NCBI RefSeq assembly: GCF_001194135.2
Contig: NC_068991.1
Span: 30,221,913-30,285,912, forward strand
Source: Octopus bimaculoides
Lineage: Eukaryota
Direction of reading: 5' to 3'
Length of the DNA stretch: 64,000 nt
Part shown: one piece after another, positions 1 through 12,519 of the stretch
Position numbering within the stretch: position 1 is the first letter of the stretch
How the letters are laid out: each line of letters opens with the position of its first letter
The notes under the pieces: generated by a model
What the model was told of the DNA's origin: nothing
The model's input: the letters and a program-made list of their open reading frames with translations, nothing else
Database searches by the model: none
Translations under genes and position numbers: made by a program

Positions 1-43
<43 letters not shown>

Positions 44-240
44 GTATATATACATACATACATATATACATATGTGTGTGTGTGTGAATATATATGTATA
101 TGTGTGCAGATATGAATCTGCATATATGTGCACATACACACACACACATACATATATATATGTTTGCATACGTATACTCACACACACATATATATGTGTG
201 TGTGTATATATATATATATACATATATACACACACATACA

Positions 241-290
<50 letters not shown>
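1..290. repeat. Compound (TA)n/(CA)n/(TG)n microsatellite
   Basis: Directly visible dinucleotide runs. Confidence 0.95.
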
Positions 291-298
<8 letters not shown>

Positions 299-584
299 GC
301 AAGTTCTTGTTCTCTTCCAAGCCATCTTTCACAAGTATTTCATAGGGACTGAAACATGCAAAGATGTTGTAGACTTCAACATATGGTCCTGTGACTTCTC
401 CACTAAACCAGAAGCAATTTGCTTCTCGCACACATCTGCCTTCAATCAACTTCTGTTGTTGCTACTCAATGATTCTCTTAATCTAATATAAGGGCCTTTT
501 GTTCGAACAGTCACACCATTTCTTGTCTACCCTACTACACTGACACACCTACTCAACAATTTCTGACGTATGCAAAATATACTA

Positions 585-628
<44 letters not shown>

Positions 629-1055
629 NNNNNNNNNNNNNNNNNNNNNNNNNNNNNNNNNNNNNNNNNNNNNNNNNNNNNNNNNNNNNNNNNNNNNNNN
701 NNNNNNNNNNNNNNNNNNNNNNNNNNNNNNNNNNNNNNNNNNNNNNNNNNNNNNNNNNNNNNNNNNNNNNNNNNNNNNNNNNNNNNNNNNNNNNNNNNNN
801 NNNNNNNNNNNNNNNNNNNNNNNNNNNNNNNNNNNNNNNNNNNNNNNNNNNNNNNNNNNNNNNNNNNNNNNNNNNNNNNNNNNNNNNNNNNNNNNNNNNN
901 NNNNNNNNNNNNNNNNNNNNNNNNNNNNNNNNNNNNNNNNNNNNNNNNNNNNNNNNNNNNNNNNNNNNNNNNNNNNNNNNNNNNNNNNNNNNNNNNNNNN
1001 NNNNNNNNNNNNNNNNNNNNNNNNNNNNNNNNNNNNNNNNNNNNNNNNNNNNNNN

Positions 1056-1090
<35 letters not shown>

Positions 1091-1091
<1 letters not shown>

Positions 1092-1476
1092 TCTTTTACT
1101 CTTTTACTTGTTTCAGTCATTTGACTGCGGCCATGCTGGAGCACCGCCTTTAGTCGAGCAAATCGAACACAGGACTTATTCTTTGGAAGCCTAGTACTTA
1201 TTCTATCTGTCTCTTTTTGCCGAACCACTAAGTTACGGTGACGTAAACACACCAGCTTCGATTGTCAAGCGATGGTGGGGAGACAAACAGACACACACAT
1301 ATATATATACACATATAATACGACGGGCTTCTTTCAGTTTCCGTCTACCAAATCCACTCACAAGACTTTGGTCGGCCCGTGGCTATAGTAGAAGATGCTT
1401 CCCCAAGGTGCCACGCAGTGGGACTGAACCCGGAACCATGTGGTTGGTAGGCAACCTACTTACCACACAGCCACTC
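1091..1476 (-). mobile_element. tRNA-derived SINE family A, near full length, with internal (CA/TA)n
   Basis: Minus strand starts GAGTGGCTGTGTGGTAAG (A-box-like)...GGTTCCGGGTTCAGTCCC (B-box-like); 3' end ...AATGACTGAAACAAGTAAAAGA; more than 10 related copies in the window. Confidence 0.85.
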
Positions 1477-1667
1477 GCGCCCATGTATGCATGTATATAT
1501 CAAAGTGTGTGTGTGTACATATATGCTTACATATATACGTCCCCACATACTCAGATGCATGCATACATATACACACAAATTCATACAATCACTCGCATAC
1601 ATAAATCGTGAAGAGGTGTAAGCGGCTCTTTTAAAATGTTAAATAAAATAGCGGCTTTACTCTCGCT

Positions 1668-1770
1668 CTTCTTCTTCTTCTTCTTCTTCTTCTTCTTCTT
1701 CTTCTTCTTCTTCTTCTTCTTCTTCTTCTTCTTCTTCTTCTTCTTCTTCTTCTTCTTCTTCTTCTTCTTC
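1668..1770. repeat. (CTT)n microsatellite running into a gap
   Basis: Direct. Confidence 0.97.
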
Positions 1771-2786
1771 NNNNNNNNNNNNNNNNNNNNNNNNNNNNNN
1801 NNNNNNNNNNNNNNNNNNNNNNNNNNNNNNNNNNNNNNNNNNNNNNNNNNNNNNNNNNNNNNNNNNNNNNNNNNNNNNNNNNNNNNNNNNNNNNNNNNNN
1901 NNNNNNNNNNNNNNNNNNNNNNNNNNNNNNNNNNNNNNNNNNNNNNNNNNNNNNNNNNNNNNNNNNNNNNNNNNNNNNNNNNNNNNNNNNNNNNNNNNNN
2001 NNNNNNNNNNNNNNNNNNNNNNNNNNNNNNNNNNNNNNNNNNNNNNNNNNNNNNNNNNNNNNNNNNNNNNNNNNNNNNNNNNNNNNNNNNNNNNNNNNNN
2101 NNNNNNNNNNNNNNNNNNNNNNNNNNNNNNNNNNNNNNNNNNNNNNNNNNNNNNNNNNNNNNNNNNNNNNNNNNNNNNNNNNNNNNNNNNNNNNNNNNNN
2201 NNNNNNNNNNNNTATATATACATTAACACATTCGTATACGTGCATGTCCCATAGCAACCTATAAAAATCTTTCGGATGTTGTCTTCATTGACCTCGCTAG
2301 AATTAGTTAAGCCACAGTTTTACTATGTGAAAATGATTTTCGCTGAGTAGTGAAATCCTTGGTCCTTTGTAGTGATTGGGCCCCATAGGTGTTCGCGGGC
2401 GACAATAAACTACAAGTTTATGACAGAGGTTCATTTAAATTCTTATTTTATTGACTTTATTTTTAGAAATGTGTTTGTTACAATTATTTTTTAGAAACTA
2501 TTTTATTCGTTGACATTTAGTGTTTTGTTACATGTTTGCTTTGAAAGGTTCTGAACTCACATAAATGCGTAACTTTATGTTTGGCGATATAATCTGTTTA
2601 TATATTTATTTTGTTAAATAAATATACAGTACTAGAGCTAAATCAAAAATAAGGTATTTAAATAATATATTGCACAGTGAGGAGCAGAATTATAAAATCA
2701 AATTATACGAAGTTTTGACTGTCTGTGTGTGATGTGGTCATATGTAAATATGTGTGTATATGTGTTTGGATATGTATATACATACA

Positions 2787-2822
<36 letters not shown>

Positions 2823-3728
2823 TATATATANNNNNNNNNNNNNNNNNNNNNNNNNNNNNNNNNNNNNNNNNNNNNNNNNNNNNNNNNNNNNNNNNNNNNN
2901 NNNNNNNNNNNNNNNNNNNNNNNNNNNNNNNNNNNNNNNNNNNNNNNNNNNNNNNNNNNNNNNNNNNNNNNNNNNNNNNNNNNNNNNNNNNNNNNNNNNN
3001 NNNNNNNNNNNNNNNNNNNNNNNNNNNNNNNNNNNNNNNNNNNNNNNNNNNNNNNNNNNNNNNNNNNNNNNNNNNNNNNNNNNNNNNNNNNNNNNNNNNN
3101 NNNNNNNNNNNNNNNNNNNNNNNNNNNNNNNNNNNNNNNNNNNNNNNNNNNNNNNNNNNNNNNNNNNNNNNNNNNNNNNNNNNNNNNNNNNNNNNNNNNN
3201 NNNNNNNNNNNNNNNNNNNNNNNNNNNNNNNNNNNNNNNNNNNNNNNNNNNNNNNNNNNNNNNNNNNNNNNNNNNNNNNNNNNNNNNNNNNNNNNNNNNN
3301 NNNNNNNNNNNNNNNNNNNNNNNNNNNNNNNNNNNNNNNNNNNNNNNNNNNNNNNNNNNNNNNNNNNNNNNNNNNNNNNNNNNNNNNNNNNNNNNNNNNN
3401 NNNNNNNNNNNNNNNNNNNNNNNNNNNNNNNNNNNNNNNNNNNNNNNNNNNNNNNNNNNNNNNNNNNNNNNNNNNNNNNNNNNNNNNNNNNNNNNNNNNN
3501 NNNNNNNNNNNNNNNNNNNNNNNNNNNNNNNNNNNNNNNNNNNNNNNNNNNNNNNNNNNNNNNNNNNNNNNNNNNNNNNNNNNNNNNNNNNNNNNNNNNN
3601 NNNNNNNNNNNNNNNNNNNNNNNNNNNNNNNNNNNNNNNNNNNNNNNNNNNNNNNNNNNNNNNNNTATATATATATATATATATATATATATGACAAAGG
3701 AATAAACGATTACCGTTTAAAATTTATT

Positions 3729-3813
3729 AGCTTACAGTGTTTCTGCTATAAGATGCAATGAACTTGTAGATTAGTGCTTGAGTGACGTAACACCTTATAG
3801 CTTCATCAGAGCC
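3729..3813 (-). ncRNA. Candidate type-I hammerhead ribozyme in a repeat related to the 19.6 kb palindrome
   Basis: Minus strand: ggct CTGATGA a GCTATAAGGTG..35 nt..CATCTTATAGC a GAA ACA c TGT A agct; core, helix II, helix III and GUA site readable by eye. Confidence 0.55.
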
Positions 3814-4189
3814 TCAAATATGAAGTGTATTTTACTTGGGAATAGAATAACATTTATGCATATATGTATATATACAGGAAAAAGCATTACCAATGAGAAA
3901 GCCAACATGTAAGTCAGGAATGATAGTCAAAGAACTTTCCCTAGATATAATAAGATTAATTTTAAAAGCGTATATAAAGATTTAGATAAAGGATAATATT
4001 TCCCTCGCATAGCATTTCCTTCATTAACTCAGTGCGAGTAATTAGTAAATATCGCCCCAGGTTGGTCAAATATTGACTAGTGAAACCAGTTAGTGAATAA
4101 AGAAAAACCAGTCACAAGAGTCAAAATAAGACACATGATGGAGCAGCGAATATGTTCATACTGTTTGAACTGAAATTTGTGTCGATGGT

Positions 4190-4335
4190 GTTTTGAATTA
4201 AACTCAGGCTAGATTTAATTGAGAAGGCTCATCACCAATATATTCCTGACATGACCAATTCACAGTATATCTAGGACAACATTATCTGATATATCCTTCG
4301 ATTTTTACAAGATTGTTACAGGTCGAGTAACCATA
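4190..4335 (+). mobile_element. Degenerate interspersed repeat (family D); other copies at ~5650-5835, ~30155-30310 and ~38868-39050
   Basis: Patchy similarity among the four loci (..TAGGAC(T/A)ACATTATC.., ..GCTGCTA(T/A)TTCT.., ..CAGGTCGAG..). Confidence 0.5.
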
Positions 4336-4441
4336 TGAAGTCTCTTCCACTAATTGTGACTTGAATTTGTTCTGGAGAGAAATTTACGTCGACATGTTTT
4401 GGAATTTTGTCAATACGATCAGTTAATATGATAGGACTAAC

Positions 4442-4650
4442 TAGAGCGGTGAGCTGGCAGAATCGTTAGCACGCCAGGCAAAATGCTTAGCAGTATTTTG
4501 TCCATCTTTACATCGAAATTCCGCTGAGGTCGACTTTGTCTTTTATCTTTTCGGTGTCGGTGAAATAAGTGCCAGTTGAGTATTGGGGTCGATGTAATCG
4601 ACTTATCCCCTATCCCGAAATTGCTGGCCTTATGCCAAACTTAAAACCAG
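4442..4650 (+). mobile_element. tRNA-derived SINE family B
   Basis: Head GCGGTGAGCTGGCAGAATCGTTAGC; core GAGGTCGACTTTG..GGGGTCGATGTAATCGACT; tail CTGGCCTT..AAACC. Confidence 0.85.
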
Positions 4651-5436
4651 TATGATTTAAAACCAATTCAAGGGTCGCTGGATGGGTGAGTGACTTAGAT
4701 AAGAGGGACTAGCTATATACTTTCCTATTCTGATTTCAAATCCAACTAGGTCCATTCTGCATTTTTTGTTTTCTTTTCTAGGGTTATAAATTAAATCCCA
4801 ATTACATACTAATGTAGAAGAAGATTAATCAAATATAATACTTACTTGAATATATGCAGTCTGCAAACTAGATATGACTGCAAAATCTTCCTCAGGTCAC
4901 TTCCTCGTTGCCTCGTGAAAGGAAGGATAGATTAGATAACTCTAGTTCTAGGGAAAACACCTTCCATCCCTAAAACATATGTTGCTGATAGCTGTAATAT
5001 TTTTTTATGATAACAAGGTTGATAAGAGGCTTAAACAACAACTACTACAATAACAACAACCACGCGTGACCTTCCGTCATTATCAGAAATCGATATCGTA
5101 CAGTGAAATCAGTAAACTCGTATAAAAAGCTAATTCGGTGGAAGGGGAATGTGTCGATTCTTTGCATCGGTCATAAATTGCTGTGTGCCAGGGTGTTAGG
5201 ATCGGATCTCTGAATAGAACCGTCCCCTATTACAGTTAATAGATGAAGAGACATGCAACTATTAAAGACAGTCATTCTAGGGCAATTACTCAGAGTATTT
5301 ATATTCTGTCAACATTGAATCCTTTTCAACTGTTCAATAATTATGAATGCCTGTGACAAGTTCAAAGAAATAATAGACAAACGTTATCGGTAATTCATGT
5401 CGGTTTGTTGTCGCTGTTGATATTATTATTGTTGTT

Positions 5437-5645
5437 AAGGTGGCAAACTGGCAGAATCGTTAGCACGCCAGGTAAAATTTCGTCCATCTTTACATTCTGA
5501 ATTCGAATGCAGCTGAGGTCACCTTTGCCTTTTATCCTTTCAGAGTCGATACAATAAATAGCAATTGAGCACTAATGTCGATATAATTGACATATTCCCT
5601 CTCCCAAAATTGCTGGCCTTGTGTCAAAATTTGAAACCATCAGTA
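5437..5645 (+). mobile_element. SINE family B
   Basis: Same head, core and tail; preceded by an (ATT/GTT)n tract. Confidence 0.8.
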
Positions 5646-6049
5646 TTATTGGGGTTGTTTAACCCCAGCTAAATTCTTATTAGGAAACCTTATGATTAAA
5701 GATACCCCTCTTGTGACCATGATGTTTTACTTTGAGAGTGTATTCTCTGTAGGGCTGTATTTCACAATATGTGCTTCATTTTAATTATTTTTAATTCGAT
5801 AGGTTAAGAGTTCAGGAAGAATTGTCTGCTAATTCTAGCATTGGACTTTATCTAATAATGGTGACGAGACACTCAACACTAATTTACAGCTCGTCGTTTA
5901 ACTGTTTATCGATTTCTCCATTAACTTTTATTGTGCATTCCAGGGTTTAAGCGAGAAGGAACGGGAAGTTGTGACGTTCATCTCTTGTCCCTTCCTGTGT
6001 CTAAAGACGACAAATATTAGCGTATGATCTATAATCCCAATGTCAGTTA

Positions 6050-6310
6050 GCAGTGTCTCGCTACCATTTCAGTGAGGTATAAGATGTATAAAACTTCTGA
6101 TACACAGAAATGCAGACTGTGGAAAGAGTGTGGAAAATGTGACCCACTTGGTAAGTGGATGTGAGAGCCTTGCACAAAAAGAATACAAACCCCACCACGA
6201 TAAAGTGTGTGTGTGTATCTTCATTGGCTCTTATGCCCTAAATACCAATAAGAAGTAACAGAATTGGTTTGAGCATGTACCAAGTGAAGTTATGCAGGAG
6301 GATGGAACAA
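6050..6310 (+). mobile_element. R4/Dong-like LINE fragment 1 (CCHC knuckle), decayed
   Basis: Frameshifted translation KCRL..ENVTHLVSGCESLAQKEYK..HDKV..HW. Confidence 0.75.
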
Positions 6311-6775
6311 GCAAAACGGATCCAGCAGAATGCAAAATGAACGGGCAGAAACAGATTGAGGAGCGGTGTAGCCAGAAGCCTCTGCATGAACAGTATATAT
6401 TTCGAAGCCGAAATGCTGATGTAGACAAAGCAACAACCCATCAGTGCTGAGAGCAGAGATTGAAGGCTTCATTTTGGTGGCACAAGACCAAAGCTTGCTT
6501 ACCACAAACTATCAGGCTAACGTTCTTCAAATCGGTTCTGACCCTAAATGCAGATTCTGCGATACATTTGACAAAACTATAGACCATCTTGTCTCGGGAT
6601 GTCCTGTGTTGACTAGACGAATATAAAGATCACAATAGGATAGGACAGTATTTACATTGGAAAATATGTAAACAGTACAAAATCAACACTCCTGCTTACT
6701 GGTACGAACATCATCCAGAGTCAGTCGTTGAAAGTGAAGATGTTACTAACCTCTGGGATTTTCCATTTGAATTCA
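6311..6775 (+). mobile_element. R4/Dong-like LINE fragment 2 (post-RT region, CCHC knuckle, start of RLE), decayed
   Basis: KPLHEQY..EGFILVAQDQSL..DPKCRFC..TIDHLVSGCPVL..HWKICKQY..YWYEHHPESVVESEDVTNLWDF. Confidence 0.85.
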
Positions 6776-6918
6776 TGCAGCGTGCAGTGTCTGATGTAGA
6801 TTTGATCTGAACTCATTTTAAAAGGAGAAAATCGATATGATTTTAACCATTATGGTATAAAGTAAACTGCAAAGAAAGGGAAGAAATCATTAGAATGTAA
6901 AAGTTGATGTTATATTAC

Positions 6919-6974
<56 letters not shown>

Positions 6975-7210
6975 NNNNNNNNNNNNNNNNNNNNNNNNNN
7001 NNNNNNNNNNNNNNNNNNNNNNNNNNNNNNNNNNNNNNNNNNNNNNNNNNNNNNNNNNNNNNNNNNNNNNNNNNNNNNNNNNNNNNNNNNNNNNNNNNNN
7101 NNNNNNNNNNNNNNNNNNNNNNNNNNNNNNNNNNNNNNNNNNNNNNNNNNNNNNNNNNNNNNNNNNNNNNNNNNNNNNNNNNNNNNNNNNNNNNNNNNNN
7201 NNNNNNNNNN

Positions 7211-7281
<71 letters not shown>

Positions 7282-8250
7282 GTCTGTCTGTCTTTCTTTC
7301 TCTTACCTTACTTTCTGAAATATTTTGTTGCCAATTTCATTCAATGTTTCTTCAGACGAAGTTAGTTTTTATTAGAAAATGATTAATTCGGTTTAGTTTT
7401 CTTTCATTTAGAATATTTTTTATATCCTCAAAGGACCAAAATTTAATAACCGAAGTGCAGATTCTGTAAACGACTTCAAAAAAACCTCATCTATATCATA
7501 TATAAATGTGTGTGCGTGTGTGTGCGTGTGTATCTGTGTGTGTGTGTGTATCTATGTATGTATATGCTGCATGAAGTAACGTTTCTAGATTGCTATGTGT
7601 TATAACTCCGACTGAAAATATGATCTAACGGTGGATGGTGAGAGTTTTGCCCCAGTACAATTAGAACTTTGCCAACTGTCTCAGTTACACTTAGATATAT
7701 CAAAACAGTAAACAAGACGCTAATACACAGTTTGTATGTAGTCAGCGAAAATTACTGTTAGCATCTATTTTACTGCTTACATCCAATACATAATGCCACC
7801 GTATCTTTCCCCAACCCTTCTTTTAAGCTATATCACCATTCATGCTTCTTTCACTAAATTCCTGTATCACCTATAGCTTTCTTAAAGAGCTCTGTAGTTT
7901 AAGATCTAGCAGTAACGCTTAGACAGTATTTGCTCGATGGGGCTTTGTACGACGGGAACGTATCGTAACATCCCTTTCGTAAATCCAACCCATTGTCTCC
8001 TACGTAGTATTTTTGTCATAATTGGCCAATCAGACAATGATACGTTTAGCCGTAGTAGTGCGCAGGTGTTTTCAGTCACACACGGATCATATATAAACCA
8101 ATCACGAAATGATTAATGAATCTCGTTGAATAGAAAGTTTCAAACAATAAGGTAGGAATTTTGGTCTTCTCTCCGCACCCCTTATGCAGATATTTCACTG
8201 TAATCGAAGCTAATGAGTTGGTGTTACATGCTAGAACTGTTTGATTATCA

Positions 8251-8443
8251 TTTTACTTGTTTCAGTAATTAGACTATGGCCATGCTATCGCATCCCCTTC
8301 AGGAATTTTAGTAAAACTAATCGACCCCACTACTTATTTTCCTTTTCAGTTTGGTACTTATTTTATATCGGTTTGTTTTGTCGAACTGCTAACTTTTGGG
8401 GACGTAAACATACCAAAATCGCTTGTCAAGCAGTGGTGGGGGT

Positions 8444-8527
<84 letters not shown>

Positions 8528-8675
8528 CGGCGAGCTCCTTTCAGTTTCCGTCAAACAAATCTACTAACCAGACTTTGGTTGACCCGAGGCTATAGTAGAA
8601 AACATTTGCTCAAGATGCCATACAGTGGAACTGAAACCGGAATCATCTGCTTGGTTCTTACCACGCAGCTACCCC
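8251..8675 (-). mobile_element. SINE family A with internal (CA)n(TA)n
   Basis: Aligns by eye to 1091-1476. Confidence 0.8.
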
Positions 8676-9149
8676 TGCGCCTATTAAGTCAGCTTTCGAA
8701 GATTATAAGCTTCATAGTTATGTAGTCTCAGTTCAAAACTGATCAATCCAATTCAATCCGTCCTTTGAGAACAATAAGACCCTCCATTCAAACCAAACAG
8801 CAACGCTGATTATGAATAGCAGCGATATGGCTGAAGTAGCTAGGAGACCGATTAAGGCATTAAATACACAGACGGTAGGGTATCCTATATGTAACATATT
8901 AACAGCAAAGATCTTAATCTTCTTGTTGATATGTGTGAGTTTGTGAGTGTATGTCAATATTCAGTTTATTTCAAGATTTCTTGTCAATAGAGAAAGAACC
9001 GGTTCCTAACCTAGATCCAAGGTTCCTTCATTGGAATTTCAGCATCAACAACAGGGTATTTTTGTTTGTATATATGTATGTGCAGATTTGTATGTTTTAT
9101 GTATGTATTCTCATGCATATAGTTGCATATCTAGGCATGTTCATATATA

Positions 9150-10790
9150 TTTAAATTATAGACTTCTGGAAAGTTTTACAAATTTGTACAGTTCCAATGA
9201 TGGATTGGATCTGTAGTCTTCAAATTAGCTTTCTCCTTTCTGGTTTTGAGAAGCCAAATTTCTCGAGATTGGTATTTAGGTAGTGTGTTACATATCCCAG
9301 GGCCCCAATAATTACAGGTATAAACCTGAACTTGTAATTCTATTCGAGTAACTGCAGATTTCTCAATAGTTCAGCATAGGTGTTCTCTTTTTCACTGATC
9401 TTCAGCTTCATGTTAACATCCGCTGGGCAGCTAATTTCCTCAACTGCACAGTTTCTCTTCTGTATCCCAAATCATTATATCAAGTCTGTTGTGCGTGCAT
9501 TTTATTGAGGTCCTCACTGGTACATTCCACCAGTATTCCTTTTCATTATGAGTGACTATGGCTTCTACCATATTGTGAGATTTTATTTCTTTGTCCTCGG
9601 GATTATCCTTCCGACGGATTTCATTACATAGTGTACTAGCTACAACGTCATGTCTCATCGGTAGATAATACCGTGATGACATTTTTAGACAACTGCTTAT
9701 GATGTGCGTGATATCTTCAGTGTGAACTCCACAAAGTCTGCATTTATTGTCACATTTAACAGCTTTTCCTGCATCTCTATCCTTTTTGTGCATCAGGTAC
9801 TTGGTTGATATTTCTTGTTCCTGTATTGCAAACGCATACCCTTCAAAGTGGGAGTTAGTAATCCGGCTATTCGTCTATGATAAACTGCTTTGATGATCGA
9901 TGTTACTATCATCACGGAACTTTATACAAACATATCCATGCATAGTCTTCTGCTCATATAGGCTCATCCGTTCTGATGATATGTTGCATTTTGGATCGAT
10001 GTTAAACCCCTGCCGCCTTGTTTTCGCTTTAGTTACAGGCGGTCCACGTCACTATTTATGTGGAAATTATGTGTGCTTGTTAGTTTCGGGTTTTCACATC
10101 TACGTCTTGGATCTCATCAAGCGTCCAATCAAGCAGCCCAAATATTGGTATGAGTACCGGCACTGGGTACACATTGTACGCCACTGTTTTATTGAATGCA
10201 GAAAGTACTGAGGTCCAAAGTTTCTTTATTCGGCTGTAATATTCTTTAGTGACACCTGTTTTGTTACAGGTGCCATTGTATGATAAATTCTCATCCACCT
10301 CTAGATACCTGTAACATTCCTCGTCAGATACAGTGGAAACTGTCAAATCATGTTACTAATCTGATTTATAGTCTTCCCCTTTTCACAACCATATAACATT
10401 TATCATAACCAAACTCCAACCCTACGTCCTTTGAAAATGTTGTAACTAGGTCAAGACTCTTTTTCATCTCATGCATATTCTTTGCATAAAGTTTTAAGTC
10501 ATCTACAAAGAAACAAGGTGTAATTTTGCTCTATTTATGTTTCCTTGTGAACCAGTGAGATATCCTTCAGACTTCCTTAACATGAATGACAAGAGGTTTA
10601 CAGAAAGTATAAACAACATCGCAGAGAGGCTGTCTCTTTGGAATATGCCTTTGCGATATGGTATTCCATCGGTGATATTACAGTCACTTTTTGTGTTTAA
10701 TTTCAAGATGGCGGCCCACGATGAAGTCAGGTCAGCTATGGCTTTGACTATTCTCACTGGAACTTTAGCAAGTTGAAAGGCTTCAAGCAT
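9150..10790 (-). mobile_element. 5'-truncated RLE-type non-LTR retrotransposon (R4/Dong or NeSL-like) with RT, CCHC and restriction-like endonuclease; pseudogenised
   Basis: RT motifs GIFQRDSLS..LF and FVDDLKLYAK (~10480-10510); knuckle KCRLC..EDITHIISSC..RHD; RLE HNRLDIMIWD; stops and frameshifts. Confidence 0.9.
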
Positions 10791-11156
10791 CTATGAGTGT
10801 ATGTATGCATGTATGTATGTATGTATGTATGTATGTAAGTATGTATATATGTATGTACGTACGTAATATATGTATATATGTATTAGTCAAAACTTCTGAT
10901 CAACTCATTGGAGTTATCTCTCCTTTGTTGTTTTATTCGATTTTAGATGTTAGGCACTTCTAGGCTGACCTTTACTAATTAAATAATTTCAGTGCATTGA
11001 TGTCTTCTAATTCCCTGTATTACCAGTGCCTGAGACTCTACCATACGCACACATACCTGCGTTCACTTACGCGCATATTTATTGTAGTCCGTACGCATGT
11101 GTACGTATGTATACATACACACACACACACACTTATATTGTATAAGTATGTATGTG

Positions 11157-11206
<50 letters not shown>

Positions 11207-11246
11207 TTCTACATATATGTATACACACATACATACATTGGGCTGG

Positions 11247-11475
11247 CCAACACCTTGTGAGTGGAATTGATAGAGAGAAACTGAAAGAAGACCATATCAT
11301 GTTTGTGGGGGTGGGGTTGTCCCCACATCACCGCTTGGCAACCGGTGTTGGTGTGTTTTTGTCTCCGTCACCTAGCGACTCATCAAAAAAGAGATTGGTA
11401 GAATAATTACCAAACTTTAAAAGAAAATAAATAATGGGGGTCGATGCATTCAACTGAAAAATGGCTCAGCTGGAC
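11247..11475 (+). mobile_element. Degenerate SINE family A fragment
   Basis: GAAACTGAAAGAAG..CACCGCTTGGCAACCGGTGTTGGTGTGTTT..GGGGTCGAT. Confidence 0.6.
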
Positions 11476-11713
11476 CGACGTCTAAATGACTTTGTTTGCT
11501 TGAGTCTAGNNNNNNNNNNNNNNNNNNNNNNNNNNNNNNNNNNNNNNNNNNNNNNNNNNNNNNNNNNNNNNNNNNNNNNNNNNNNNNNNNNNNNNNNNNN
11601 NNNNNNNNNNNNNNNNNNNNNNNNNNNNNNNNNNNNNNNNNNNNNNNNNNNNNNNNNNNNNNNNNNNNTGTGTGTGTGTGTGTGTGTATGTGTGTGTATG
11701 TATACATATATGC

Positions 11714-11952
11714 TATAATTTAGAACAAACAGTAAAAGGTTGTCATTGTAGTACTCGGAATTTTGAGTGTCGGGGCGAAGAGCAAGGTTATATTTTCGTC
11801 AGCTATTAATTGCAACAGACGCTATGAAAATCTGTTGAAGAAAAGGGAAGTTGCCATTAATGGCCGATAAGAATGTATCGTAGCTCTTCGGTCCGACATT
11901 CGAAACTCCGAGTATTACAATGACAACCTTTTACTGTTTGTTCTAAATTATA
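11714..11952. mobile_element. 239-bp inverted-repeat element (~70-bp arms) with a degenerate hammerhead motif in each arm
   Basis: Left TATAATTTAGAACAAACAGTAAAAGGTTGTCATTGTA.. is the reverse complement of right ..TACAATGACAACCTTTTACTGTTTGTTCTAAATTATA. Confidence 0.8.
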
Positions 11953-12134
11953 ACATATATAAATAATCTATCTATCTAATATCGAGGTCTCATTCTTTTG
12001 TTGTTACTTTTTATTATATAACTTGCTACACTAGGTAATAATAGAGTCAATGATATCTTCGCAAATTATTTTCCCGTAAATTATTTTTTATCGTGAATTA
12101 TTTGCTCCGTATTGAAATTATTTTCTCACTGGTA

Positions 12135-12266
12135 GTTGCCATGATTTCGGCGCAAAACCAATCAGTTGCAGCGCAGACTTCAGCTTGGGTTGGGCTCTCT
12201 ATCATGGTAACGCGTACTGAGGAAAGCGAGACTATTATGCCAGTCCGGAAACCGGTCCACGTGAGT
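12135..12266 (+). promoter_or_regulatory. Promoter-like motif cluster (RFX half-sites, CCAAT, E-box / possible splice donor)
   Basis: GTTGCCATG 12135-43, CCAAT 12158-62, CATGGTAAC 12203-11, CACGTG 12258-63, GTGAGT 12261-66; locally CpG-rich. Confidence 0.3.
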
Positions 12267-12435
12267 CCAAATGCTTGAATGTATGCTGAGAGATTGTTTT
12301 AGCTTGTTTGCCTTTGGACGGTTGATTTCTGTAGTTATTATCAATGTATTTTAGCGATTTAAATAAGAGTTTTGATTGTTATTTCCAGCAGGTAAACTCA
12401 CTTAGTATGTCCTATGATTAACTTTAATATATATG

Positions 12436-12519
12436 GGCAAATGTCTTCTACAATAGCCTCGGGCCGACCAAAGCTTTGTGAGTGGATTTGGTAGACGGAA
12501 ACTGAAAGAAGCCCGTCGT
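12436..12519 (+). mobile_element. SINE family A 5' portion running into (TA)n and a gap
   Basis: GGGCAAATGTCTTCTACAATAGCCTCGGGCCGACC..AAGCCCGTCG. Confidence 0.8.
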
